In this document: positions 20,007 to 29,476 of the stretch, piece by piece
Numbering within the stretch: the stretch's first letter is position 1
Layout: each line of letters opens with the position of its first letter
NCBI GenBank assembly: GCA_963769425.1
Contig: CAVYLP010000004.1
Span: 263,088 to 327,087 of the forward strand
DNA: 64,000 nucleotides
Source: Candidatus Bathyarchaeota archaeon
GTDB taxonomy: Archaea > Thermoproteota > Bathyarchaeia > TCS64
Direction of reading: 5' to 3'
Notes under the pieces: generated by a model
Told to the model about the DNA's origin: nothing
The model's database searches: none
Seen by the model: only the letters and a program-made list of their open reading frames with translations
Program-made: the position numbers and the translations under genes

Positions 20007-20185
20007 CTGCACCCCATTTTCCTTAACCCATCGTCTACCCATCTTTAGCTAATTCTGTACTCCTAAACATACACAATTCGGTATCTTTCATCTTTCGAGA
20101 ACCACAGCGACAGGCCACGGCACACCTTTAATGAATGGTCTTCAACTATGGAAATCTGTGAGAGTATCAGCTAAATAGAGAGATT

Positions 20186-20290
20186 GTGTGTACTGTTAGG
20201 TCGGCACCATTCATTGTATGCATAACTCTATATCGAAACCATACAACTGTAAGCTCGGCACCCCTTCACTCTATACAACTGTTACAATCA
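20186..20290. repeat. three direct repeats ATACAACTGT-N2-(G)GYTCGGCACC downstream of the integrase gene
   Basis: Copies at ~20186-20208, 20241-20262 and 20274-20290 within a 380-bp noncoding stretch. Confidence 0.4.
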
Positions 20291-20390
20291 CACATTTTAA
20301 TCACACTCCAACAGCCTGTATTGACTACTGTTTATTGGGGTGAGTGAAGAATGACGGCATAAGAACAAGGCACTATTCTACTTGTGTATT

Positions 20391-20774
20391 CTACTCAGGC
20401 TGTGAGCGGTTAACCTTTGTTTCCCAATCCTTAATCGGTAGAAAATTTTGATAGGCTTTACCACCTATTAAAACAAGTTCTCTTACTCTTGGAACATTGC
20501 CGACATAAGTGTCCCAAACTCCTACACTGTCTGGCGTATTGCTCCAAAACCAAGTTGTCTTGCATTTTTCGCAAAATAGCCCCTTTTCGTAATTGTGCTT
20601 TTTATTATAGGACTTGTCAAGAGAATCATTTTGAAAAATTAAGCTCTCATCTGTAAAGACTTTGACATTTGGGTTTCCCTCACAATAGGGACAAGTGAGC
20701 AGGCGAGTTCCCTGTTTTCTTTCCTCTTCAGTCCCCTTTGGTATTGGTAGCATGTACTCCACTTTATCTATCAA
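20391..20774 (-). CDS. hypothetical zinc-ribbon protein
   Basis: 127 aa. CPYC...CEKC Cys pairs. Confidence 0.4.
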   Translation of the reverse strand: MIDKVEYMLPIPKGTEEERKQGTRLLTCPYCEGNPNVKVFTDESLIFQNDSLDKSYNKKHNYEKGLFCEKCKTTWFWSNTPDSVGVWDTYVGNVPRVRELVLIGGKAYQNFLPIKDWETKVNRSQPE

Positions 20775-20822
20775 TTACAAACACAAATATTTTAACATTC
20801 AACAAAGGTTAGTTCTGTAACG

Positions 20823-21092
20823 GTGTATAAAATGGCTGAAAAACTTCAAAATAGAAAGGACATTTTGAACATTCTCGTCGGGGCTTACATTGGCATTATA
20901 GCCTCATTGATCACAAGCCTTTGGTTGTACTTTTTTCAAAAGATTTCACTAGACAAGCTTGATACTACTTCGACCGCTGGGCTGTTTATTGGAGTGTCGG
21001 TAGTTCTGGCGGCTTGTCTCATTTGGATGTTGAGATATGTCCAAAGACTGGTAAATGAAATAAACGAGCTTTCCAAGCATTCCCCCACTTGA
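20823..21092 (+). CDS. hypothetical small membrane protein
   Basis: 89 aa with two hydrophobic helices. Confidence 0.3.
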   Translation: MYKMAEKLQNRKDILNILVGAYIGIIASLITSLWLYFFQKISLDKLDTTSTAGLFIGVSVVLAACLIWMLRYVQRLVNEINELSKHSPT

Positions 21093-21170
21093 AGCTTTGA
21101 ATATATTAAACCCATGTGTTTAATCCCAGCCCCTTGACATCTTTTGGGCTTGGGCTTCTTTCTGTAGGCT

Positions 21171-21708
21171 TTAGCTAGTTCTGTACTGCTCGAATTCTCG
21201 CCCTTCTTCCTTGTACTTGCTCCCCATGTCTGGGCTGACCTTCAATCCCTCTAAGAAGTAATCTATACCTCTACCCATTTTCCCACCTCTTCTTGTGTGC
21301 ATATCGAGAGCATAATCTGGTATCTCTGGCAACTTTACCCCAAACTCTCTGCCAAGCTCGACTGTTGGATATATTATTTTTAGAAGCTCGTCAACCTCCC
21401 TGCTCTTTCTTGATCTTTGATAGAGCCAAAACTGCGTGAATTCGGAAAAGCCCCCTCTCTTTTGGCATGTTTTGATACTGCTTATTGAGAACATCAATTA
21501 GGACGCTCATCTGGTTATTAGCGACCCCAATATCCTCCGACGCCATCACAATGAGCCTGTTCCATAGCGCCGTTGGTTTGAATGATTCAAGTTCTACCGC
21601 CCAAAAAACCGCCTGCCTATCGTTGCCCCGCCTAATGTCCTTTTGTAGAGCTGACATCAATTCCCAAAAATCGTAGCCATTTTTAGTGATTGCTTTGCCT
21701 TCACTCAT
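21171..21708 (-). pseudogene. stand-alone RarA/MgsA C-terminal-domain fragment, frameshifted
   Basis: YDFWELMSALQKDIRRGNDRQAVFWAVEL...LIVMASEDIGVANNQ matches the MgsA_C pattern. The terminal ALDMHTRRGGKMGRGIDYF is in a second frame (ORFs 21391..21708 and 21171..21497). No AAA+ domain is present. Confidence 0.5.
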
Positions 21709-21840
21709 GGAGTAAAAATCATCTCATCGGTTTTTAAGGCTGAAGCCCCCAAAATTCATTTGTTAAAAACTCTGCCCATTAGGGGGAAATTATCTTTAAT
21801 GAGGTAAATTTATTACAGTAAACTAATGATTTACTAAAAT

Positions 21841-22266
21841 ATGATATACGCCGAACCGTTCACAACAATTACGGGAATAATAGGGATCGGCTTATTGCCA
21901 ATCGCATTTGTTATATACTCCACTTTCAAGACGCCAATTAGTAATTATGTGGATAAGAGTTCAAAAAAATTATTCGAGTCTGATAAATTTAAGCAAATTG
22001 TCAACATCAAAAGCTTGGATCAATTTGACCTTGAGCTAATAAGAACATTTTATGATGATGTCGATAAAATATTTGATGTCAGGGGAGATTTCAGAAGAAG
22101 CGTTCTCTATTGCATAATGTGCGGCGCACTTCTTACGCTCACATCATTGTTAAATTTAATAGATAATGCCTCGGTGGTTGTTATTCCTCTACTATTATAT
22201 GGCATCTTCTTTTTTCTATTATTCCTCTACTATTTGTTTAGAGTGTTGCGTTATATCGCCTTTTAA
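21841..22266 (+). CDS. hypothetical membrane protein
   Basis: 141 aa with multiple TM helices. AT-rich. Confidence 0.4.
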   Translation: MIYAEPFTTITGIIGIGLLPIAFVIYSTFKTPISNYVDKSSKKLFESDKFKQIVNIKSLDQFDLELIRTFYDDVDKIFDVRGDFRRSVLYCIMCGALLTLTSLLNLIDNASVVVIPLLLYGIFFFLLFLYYLFRVLRYIAF

Positions 22267-22321
22267 ATTTGGCACATCTTACTAAATCTTACTGACAACT
22301 GAATAAAAATCTTTATTAACT

Positions 22322-22600
22322 TTGTACTTATTTATTGTATGGAAAAAAATGAGTGATCCTTTTAAATCAATCAAAAAAATTTTTGTTGAAATAGCTGGTA
22401 TTTGGGGAATTATTGACCTTTTTAACTCACTTCAAACATTAGCTGATTTAAATAAATCTCTATCCTCTGGTCTAATTACTCAAAATGATTACAATAATCA
22501 AATAATTCTTCAATTCGTGATTTATCCTGCTATTGTATCTATTTTGCTGGTCTCTGCGTGGAATTGGCTAAAGGAAACCCTACACACTAAAAAGAAATAA
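22322..22600 (+). CDS. hypothetical membrane protein
   Basis: 92 aa with two TM helices. Confidence 0.35.
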   Translation: MYLFIVWKKMSDPFKSIKKIFVEIAGIWGIIDLFNSLQTLADLNKSLSSGLITQNDYNNQIILQFVIYPAIVSILLVSAWNWLKETLHTKKK

Positions 22601-22706
22601 TGAAACTCCACTGACCCTCAATCTATACCGGCCCTAGAGTGAGCACTTTCTGTTGTATAGAATGGGTGAATAGGATTAAAAAATGGGAAATTTTGATAAT
22701 ATAATT

Positions 22707-22824
22707 AACTTTATACTTTATACTTTATAGATCACTTTTTCTGAAAAGTTAAAAAAAGATGGAAAATTTGAACTTTATACTTTTTTTACTCAACTATAAA
22801 GTATAAACTATAAACTATAAAGTT
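22707..22824. repeat. iteron-like inverted repeat: AACTTTATACTTTATACTTTATAG ... AACTTTATAC ... CTATAAAGTATAAACTATAAACTATAAAGTT
   Basis: The left arm (22707-22730) and right arm (22794-22824) are reverse complements built from TTTATA(C/G) units. A single unit lies at 22771-22780. The region is convergent intergenic, abutting the stop of the 448-aa ORF. Confidence 0.55.
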
Positions 22825-24170
22825 CATTTCTTGGACTTCCAATCCCTCAACTGCCACATTCCGTAAATGGGTTCGCCTGATGCGTTTGTTGGTTGCTCGA
22901 AATAGTTCTTTAGTGCTAAGTTGAATGTATTTGGGGAGCACTTTATTCGATTGTTGACAACTGAATAGATGTCACTACTGCGCATTGGGCCATTTTTTAG
23001 AACCTCCCTTATCTCCTGTGAAACCGAATGTCTCTTTCTATAAGGAATAGATTCTGCATCTGTTGTTTCATAGGATTTTGGAGGTGTAATGAAGTCGTCA
23101 ATATTGACCATGTCTAGTGGGCTGTCAACCAAACTGTAAGCTAAAAGTTCACGAGTGATGTTTCCCTGATCACGCCTATCAACTGTGTCATAAAGGTGTG
23201 ACTCATGAATTCTGGCGTATTCTTTGCCTCTATCAACTGACTTATTGTATAGTTCGATTGCCTGAGGTGGGATCACTGTCTCTCTTTTAGGGATCATGTC
23301 AAGCAATTTTTTATTATATAATCCTAAGAGCCTCAATTTTGGATAGTTCCACTCTATTATGGGGTTCCTCATGTTTTTCTCGTGCTCATCGTCTGTAACA
23401 TCTAACCGAATGAATTTAACGCGAGACAAGAACGCATTTTCTTCAAGGAAATCCATAAGCGATGGTTCGAGTATGTGCGAACAAAATACAAACGTACTGT
23501 GGCATTTATAGTAGATTTTACGCTCATCGAGCTTTAAGCCGTCGTGATCTTCACGCCAAAACTCTAGTTCCGTGTCATCTATCTCGCTGACCTTTAGAAT
23601 GTCTCTTACGACTTCATCGCCTTCGAGGAGCTTGTTAAGCACACCAATCTGTTTCTTTATTGCTTGAGCCGACTCCATGAAAGCCAAGAACTCTGTGATA
23701 TAGACCATTTTATAGCCATAGAACGCTGGGGGATGGAAGTGACCATCTTTAGCCAATCCTCCCATGCAAGACTGTATTGAGGTGTCGCTGAGGTTTACTG
23801 TGGGATAGCTCCCTGTTGGAATACAATTCTCGTTAAAGACCCTGATCATGGTATCCTTTAGCATGGCTGGAGGCGAGTAGATGAAAAGGTGCTGTCTGAG
23901 CCTAAACTCTGGACTTCTTGCTAATGGCTGAGCGTTGCTTAAAATGAAAGCCTTCTCAAGTTCTGGGAAGACCTTCGCGCCTAGGTAACCCGTGGCCTCC
24001 TCGCCAATTTGCCGAGCTAGGTTAATTGGGTCAACCTTTCGAGCCTCGCCCATAGTTTCAAGAGTCGAGGAGCCGGTGCTTAAGGCTTCGCGCGAGGGGA
24101 AGGGTTCACTTTGAACTGGTGTCAAAGCTGTCTGCCTCCTCTTCATTTTTAAGTTGCTCGATGTCTTCAA
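22824..24170 (-). CDS. large orphan protein (448 aa). Candidate replication or maintenance protein of the element.
   Basis: Long ORF with coding-like composition. No Walker or other recognizable motifs. Adjacent to the iteron-like repeats. Confidence 0.45.
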   Translation of the reverse strand: MKTSSNLKMKRRQTALTPVQSEPFPSREALSTGSSTLETMGEARKVDPINLARQIGEEATGYLGAKVFPELEKAFILSNAQPLARSPEFRLRQHLFIYSPPAMLKDTMIRVFNENCIPTGSYPTVNLSDTSIQSCMGGLAKDGHFHPPAFYGYKMVYITEFLAFMESAQAIKKQIGVLNKLLEGDEVVRDILKVSEIDDTELEFWREDHDGLKLDERKIYYKCHSTFVFCSHILEPSLMDFLEENAFLSRVKFIRLDVTDDEHEKNMRNPIIEWNYPKLRLLGLYNKKLLDMIPKRETVIPPQAIELYNKSVDRGKEYARIHESHLYDTVDRRDQGNITRELLAYSLVDSPLDMVNIDDFITPPKSYETTDAESIPYRKRHSVSQEIREVLKNGPMRSSDIYSVVNNRIKCSPNTFNLALKNYFEQPTNASGEPIYGMWQLRDWKSKK

Positions 24171-24411
24171 GGGTCAAGATGAATAATTTTGTACCCTCGG
24201 GATGTTTTTTGACGCATGCAAAATATACATCTGGATACGTCTGGTGGATTGTTCTCTCAATTTCTTTCCATTGCTCGAAGCTGGTTTTAAAAACAACGCC
24301 AACAACGGCTGAATTTCCTTTATTTTGACTAGAAATTTTTAATCGCTTAAAAACCTCTTCAATTTCATTATTTGTGTCCATTTTTTCACTCTTCCTACTG
24401 AATGCTCCCAA
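24106..24411 (-). CDS. hypothetical protein
   Basis: 101 aa. Overlaps the start of the 448-aa ORF and may be co-transcribed. Confidence 0.3.
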   Translation of the reverse strand: MGAFSRKSEKMDTNNEIEEVFKRLKISSQNKGNSAVVGVVFKTSFEQWKEIERTIHQTYPDVYFACVKKHPEGTKLFILTLEDIEQLKNEEEADSFDTSSK

Positions 24412-24906
24412 GCAACTAGACCTGAGCCATTTGCGCTTTCACGCTTCGCAGGCCGCTTTCGCTTGCTGGGTTTCTGGAGCCAAGGTATGTCTCCTCGACC
24501 TTGGACTATCGTAGTCAATCGTTGATGGGTTCATCGGGCGAGAGTTGACCCGACACCCTTTCACTCCCATTGTGGCGGCTTGTCGGGTAGAGGATGTTGG
24601 CATCATAAAGCCCTACAAGTCGTTTCCACTGGATTTCTGTTGAGTATAACGGTTGCACATTGGAACCACCTTGGGCGGTGAAATTCCCCAAGGTGTTGAA
24701 GTGACGTTTCACCGATGCGCTAAATTCCAATGCACAACCGATCAAGTCGTTTCGCCTAATGGTGATGAGCCACAAGGTTACGCGACATGACAATGATTTC
24801 GGGAGCTGATGATGCTCCCACTATATGTTATGCTTTCTATTCCGAGCGTTTTTCTCGTAACTTTAAGATTTTAAAGCCATTTATGCGAGTCTGTTTGGTG
24901 TTTTAG

Positions 24907-25503
24907 CTAAATCTGGATGATGATTTTTGAGTTTTTTCTGCTTTTCTTTACGGCTGTTTGGGTCTTGGTTTGTGGCTCTATGTCTTCGATGAGGTCTGAT
25001 AGATTCCCCTGCATTCTATCGACTGCCCCGGCTGTCCTTTTTAGGGTCGAGCCAATCATGCCACTGTAGGTTGTGATCCCATCACTGGTTTTTTTATAGA
25101 GCAATAGCCCATCCAAAGGCGTTAGTAGAATCATAACACGCTCCCAATCTGAGCCAAGAAAACTGTCTATATCGCTTTGAGAGAATTCGGTGCTGTGCAA
25201 ATGACTGTGAACACTGCCAATTGCGGTTGAGGGGATTTGATCGAAGACTATCTCGGCACGCTCCCCCAGCTGGTGGCCTGATAGAATGAACTCGCCATTT
25301 TGCTTCAATACCAGGGCCCCGACCTCCTTTCCCCGCCTGTTGGATAGGTCGCGCATTTCTTTCAATTGTTGGGTTATGGGATAGTCAACTAGAACCCTCG
25401 TCGGGGTTGATGCTAGAAAAACTGTAACCTTGTCTGGTTGTCCCTCAACATGATCTTTTACGGCGATAAGTTGCCCCTGTTGGTTGAATATTGGTTTTCG
25501 CAT
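24907..25503 (-). CDS. JAB/MPN (JAMM)-like metalloprotease-fold protein, divergent
   Basis: GSVHSHLHSTEFSQSDID resembles HxHx7Sx2D with one-residue spacing variation. A candidate Glu (RGKEVGALV) lies ~47 aa upstream. Confidence 0.4.
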   Translation of the reverse strand: MRKPIFNQQGQLIAVKDHVEGQPDKVTVFLASTPTRVLVDYPITQQLKEMRDLSNRRGKEVGALVLKQNGEFILSGHQLGERAEIVFDQIPSTAIGSVHSHLHSTEFSQSDIDSFLGSDWERVMILLTPLDGLLLYKKTSDGITTYSGMIGSTLKRTAGAVDRMQGNLSDLIEDIEPQTKTQTAVKKSRKNSKIIIQI

Positions 25504-25516
25504 TTTTAGACCTCAA

Positions 25517-25735
25517 TCAAGGGTGATAGAATACTTCGGCATCGATTTTCTTGATCCCATAAAAGCACTCGTGGAACAGCTCACGGTCTGGTGCTAGAAC
25601 ACAATCGCAATAATTATCGCACGTACTGCATTCCTTTTTGGGAAAATACACGAAATTCTGCTCCATTTCCATCCAAGTTCCGCCGATCAGAATTGACTTT
25701 CCATCGGCACTAATTTGGGGGGTTTCAGTTGTCAT
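25517..25735 (-). CDS. hypothetical Cys-rich small protein
   Basis: 72 aa. ECSTCDNYCDC...HEC. Confidence 0.3.
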   Translation of the reverse strand: MTTETPQISADGKSILIGGTWMEMEQNFVYFPKKECSTCDNYCDCVLAPDRELFHECFYGIKKIDAEVFYHP

Positions 25736-26279
25736 TTTCTAATTCCGCCTTTAACTTTCTAGCTAAAATCTGTGCTTTCTTCCTGTCCTCGATGCTTGCG
25801 TTTGAAAACCGCTCGATCTCAGCCCAAGCTTGGATTTTGATTTCCTCGGCACTAGCCCCGATGTCGTCGTAATCGGTGGGAAGGACGGCATTTTTTGGCT
25901 TCCTTTGCTTCTCTATACCGAGTTCCTTCTTTAGAAGCGAATCAACTTTTTCTTGATTTATTGCGGTGTCGTGCAACTGCTCTTCCCGGGCGATTTCAAA
26001 CACCTGTTCATCCTCGGTTCTGCGAACATCGTATTCTTTAACCCAAAGGGCCAAATTATGATCGACCTTCGCCAAATTCTGAATGTCTTTTGCTCCACCA
26101 ATTGTCTGGCGTTTTACCTCCCTGCAATAAAAAATGATGTTTTTCATAAAATCCGACGAGCTTAGAGGATAAGCTAGCTCTTCCTGATAGTGTTTCGGTG
26201 GATTGGGGTGCTCTGAATCCCAAATTCTTCTGCGCCTCTTGTATATCTCGGCTAATTCAACTGACATCTCAAAATTCAC
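25725..26279 (-). CDS. hypothetical protein
   Basis: 184 aa, charged and helical. Same operon as the JAB-like gene. Confidence 0.35.
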   Translation of the reverse strand: MNFEMSVELAEIYKRRRRIWDSEHPNPPKHYQEELAYPLSSSDFMKNIIFYCREVKRQTIGGAKDIQNLAKVDHNLALWVKEYDVRRTEDEQVFEIAREEQLHDTAINQEKVDSLLKKELGIEKQRKPKNAVLPTDYDDIGASAEEIKIQAWAEIERFSNASIEDRKKAQILARKLKAELENDN

Positions 26280-26571
26280 CTTTTAATTTGAACTCTCCAT
26301 TGTTGATTTTTTCCTCAATTTGTTGCGGGATAATGCCTACATGAACCACTTGATTGTTTTTATCGACGACAATTCCGGCCCTGACTTCCTTCTGACTCAA
26401 AGCAGGTACCACCTCTCACCCGACCTTCGATTGACCCTTACCCATTGACTGAGACCTTTCAATCGAGGTTGATTATTTTCGACATCAAACATCCCCATCG
26501 AAGCATCCTGAATTGGTTCGAAAACTTCCTGAACACTGCCACTGTTTCCAATGTATCCCTTGATTAGAAAG

Positions 26572-26829
26572 TCAACCAACTTGCACCCAACCCCCGCCAT
26601 GCTCGACCCAAAAACTGTATAGCAAGAGAAAATCGCTAGCCTTTTTGTATGCCGAGTCTAAATCTTCGAATCTTTGAGGCTTAAATGGTATCCAGATGTC
26701 CTCGAAGTTATTTTCTTTCGAGTGATAGACTTTCCCGGCCATAAAAACATCATCTTCGTTATACTCAATATTCTGAGTCTTTTTTCCCTTCATTATCATT
26801 ATTGGAAAATGATCTAATTTTATCGACAT
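26572..26829 (-). CDS. hypothetical protein
   Basis: 85 aa. Heads the JAB-containing gene string. Possibly continuous with ORF 26397..26600 through a frameshift. Confidence 0.3.
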   Translation of the reverse strand: MSIKLDHFPIMIMKGKKTQNIEYNEDDVFMAGKVYHSKENNFEDIWIPFKPQRFEDLDSAYKKASDFLLLYSFWVEHGGGWVQVG

Positions 26830-26890
26830 GATTTTTTTTCTCCTTTTTTTATTTGCTTGATTAATAGCCTTGATTTTGTGCGCTTAGATT

Positions 26891-27067
26891 TCATTTTTGA
26901 AGCATCTGCTCGAAAACTTTTACAAGCTTCGCTTTTCTCTCGGCGATCTTCTTCTGGACATCGGGGCTAATTTCCCCGTTAGCTAAACAATCCCCATTTT
27001 CGAGACCGTAAACAAGCCCTGCAACCTTGGGCCTCTTTTTGAATCTATTAGTGATTATCTCGAACAT
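26891..27067 (-). CDS. small hypothetical protein immediately downstream of the RHH gene
   Basis: 58 aa from M at 27067, with a 5-nt gap after the RHH stop. Possible toxin or regulator partner. Confidence 0.3.
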   Translation of the reverse strand: MFEIITNRFKKRPKVAGLVYGLENGDCLANGEISPDVQKKIAERKAKLVKVFEQMLQK

Positions 27068-27072
27068 TTTAA

Positions 27073-27225
27073 TCACTTCTTTTTGATGAATTGACGGCAA
27101 AATATCTCGATTGATTCCCGCACAATCACGCTTCTGCTTTTTCCTGTAATCTTTGATATTTGATCTAAAAGTTGTCTTTGCTCGGGTGTGAATGATACAC
27201 TTGTGCTAATCCTTTTTCTCGGCAT
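27073..27225 (-). CDS. ribbon-helix-helix (CopG/Arc-type) DNA-binding protein
   Basis: 50 aa. MPRKRISTSVSFTPEQRQLLDQISKITGKSRSVIVRESIEIF has the RHH beta-alpha-alpha pattern. Not in the ORF track because it is under 60 aa. Confidence 0.5.
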   Translation of the reverse strand: MPRKRISTSVSFTPEQRQLLDQISKITGKSRSVIVRESIEIFCRQFIKKK

Positions 27226-27405
27226 GGTAGTGACCCCGCAACTACCTCAATATTACGTAATACTTTTTCAGGATCAAAGTGGGCATTATTTTGAGGCGGT
27301 TATGGGAAATTGTATAATAAAATGGTCATTTAGACGGCTGTGCAGTTCTGCATATATTTATCGCAGATTTAATTTATATGAAAGTCTAAGATATTTAGGA
27401 TTTAA

Positions 27406-28257
27406 TTGCCTGATAAACTGGAAAAGCTAACGAGACAAGAAGCTAGTAAAGAATTAGCTTCATCAATACAATGGTTTCGAGAAAAAGGAAATGCCAGAAC
27501 TGTTAGATGGTTGGAATTTATTTTAAATAACATAAAAATGGAGAACCCTTCAGATTATACGTCGGATATTTTCGAGGTTATTTCAGCTTATTATGCAGAT
27601 GTTGAAGAACGAGGAGCTGGATTAAAAATTTGCTCAGAAACCATTGGAAGGATTATAATCAATGTTTTAAAAGGAAATAGGGGAGTCGATACATTTAGAT
27701 CGTCATTATTAGAAATGTATCCACTTATTGTAAAATGGAGGATCACTCAGGAAAATTTAAAAAGGATATTGGATTTAAAAAATGAGAAACTAAGTATAAG
27801 TGCTCAATACCATTTATTATTATTCTTATATCTAATTACTATAGAGGGATCATATTCTAATTGGATAAGGATATTATATAAGTTACAATGTATATCAAAT
27901 CATAAAAAATGCAATTTATCAAGTATTGAAGATATTACCCCTTTTAAAATTAAACAAAATATGATTGAAATGAATGCCGGTTGTAATATTTTTTTTAGTG
28001 GATACTTTGATGGTAATCTACGCAACGCCATCGGTCACGGCGATTTCGCATTTAATGAGTCAACTAACCGAATGATATTCAACCATACTTGGAATGGACA
28101 AATCAAATTTAGAGAAGAAATCAGTTATGATGAGTTCCTCGACATCTTCAGGTTGATTGATAATTTTATTGTAATAAATATCAATTATTTCTTTATTTTA
28201 CGTTTAACCAGTTATAGACATTTTTTTAAGAATTACCAAAAAACCCGTACAACCTAA
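27406..28257 (+). CDS. HEPN-motif protein (second copy in the island)
   Basis: 283 aa. GNLRNAIGHGDFAF is Rx4H with N after R. TTG start uncertain. First ATG at 27538. Confidence 0.45.
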   Translation: MPDKLEKLTRQEASKELASSIQWFREKGNARTVRWLEFILNNIKMENPSDYTSDIFEVISAYYADVEERGAGLKICSETIGRIIINVLKGNRGVDTFRSSLLEMYPLIVKWRITQENLKRILDLKNEKLSISAQYHLLLFLYLITIEGSYSNWIRILYKLQCISNHKKCNLSSIEDITPFKIKQNMIEMNAGCNIFFSGYFDGNLRNAIGHGDFAFNESTNRMIFNHTWNGQIKFREEISYDEFLDIFRLIDNFIVININYFFILRLTSYRHFFKNYQKTRTT

Positions 28258-28461
28258 TCATATGCGCAATTTTTATAGAAGAAGAAGTTTTTCAAAGTGC
28301 ATTTGGTGTGGGAGAACCATCGACATAACAAAACAAGGAGCGCGCGCACATCCATTAACCAGGTGCTCTCATCCAAAAGGGCAGAATTAAAGGATATAAC
28401 AAGAATCAATTTTAACTCAAAGCTTTTATCCGGAAATAACTACAAGTGTAAATGATTAATA

Positions 28462-29118
28462 ATGAAAAAATCGAGCAAGTTAATTCTCCTCGCGGGCCTT
28501 GTTGTTCTGATAACCGCTTCTGTAGTGACCGCTCTCGCCCTCACATCACATCTAAAAGTCCAAGATGGCAAATTAACACTCTCTCTGACATCTGAGACTG
28601 TCCTTTTTAATGACGATTTCAATGGTGTTTCCTTGGCTTCTCCTTGGCTCGTCGAGGACACGGGATCAACCATCACGGCCTATTTTCCATTCACTCCACC
28701 ATCGGGACATTACACGGTCTCTGCTAGAGTAAGCTCCTCACAACTAGCAGCCTTCGCCTTGCGTCTGCATAGTGGATCAACGCCAATCACGGGTTCTATA
28801 AGTGGGATACAATTGGAGATGGATCCTGGTGTTTCAGGAAAATGGTTCATGGCTTCTTGGGCTTCTTCTGGTGGGTGGACTTGGAACAATATTGCCGGCC
28901 CTGTTAACATGAATACTTGGTACATTTTGGAGATGGTTGTGCAACAAAGCCCCTTTCAAGTAACCTATAACGTGTATAGTGACAACAAGCAAGCATTATT
29001 GGGGAGTTATACAACAAGCAGTTTTTCTGTCACATACCAGAGCATTGACTACATTTGCCTTGAACTGTGGACGGGGCCTTCAAGTTACAGTATTGATTGG
29101 ATTAAAGTAACATCCTAA
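28462..29118 (+). CDS. secreted or membrane-anchored beta-sandwich (LamG/lectin-like) protein
   Basis: N-terminal signal/TM KLILLAGLVVLITASVV. Ser/Thr/Trp-rich beta-strand-like body. Confidence 0.4.
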   Translation: MKKSSKLILLAGLVVLITASVVTALALTSHLKVQDGKLTLSLTSETVLFNDDFNGVSLASPWLVEDTGSTITAYFPFTPPSGHYTVSARVSSSQLAAFALRLHSGSTPITGSISGIQLEMDPGVSGKWFMASWASSGGWTWNNIAGPVNMNTWYILEMVVQQSPFQVTYNVYSDNKQALLGSYTTSSFSVTYQSIDYICLELWTGPSSYSIDWIKVTS

Positions 29119-29476
29119 AACCTATAATTTGAGTCTAGTAATTTGTAACTTTTCAATTGCCACCAATAATTAAGATGAGCTTATAGTAGAAATTTGTTTT
29201 AGAGTTTCTTGATAACTATTGTATAAATAGTTAAGGAGGACAATGGAAATCGTAATCAATGGTGCCAATTTTTCAAGCATGTCCTTGAAAAGTTGCAAAA
29301 ATTCTGAAGCAAACTTTACTAAGAGATTGCCAATCTCTTTAAAGATAGCTAACAACCCCGTTATTACTTTTTTTTCAAATATAAGAGCAATGAAGCCTAA
29401 TCCAATCAATAGCATAATCCAATCGGGTAATTTAGAAATAGCCTTTATCGTGCCACTTGCAAGTCCTATGAAAAAT

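Noticed and set aside
25725-26279. E2 (UBC)-like assignment based on the HPN tripeptide
   Set aside because: The HPN-to-Cys spacing is 27 residues, against about 8-10 in E2. The protein has an N-terminal helix instead of a beta-meander. Motif coincidence is likely.
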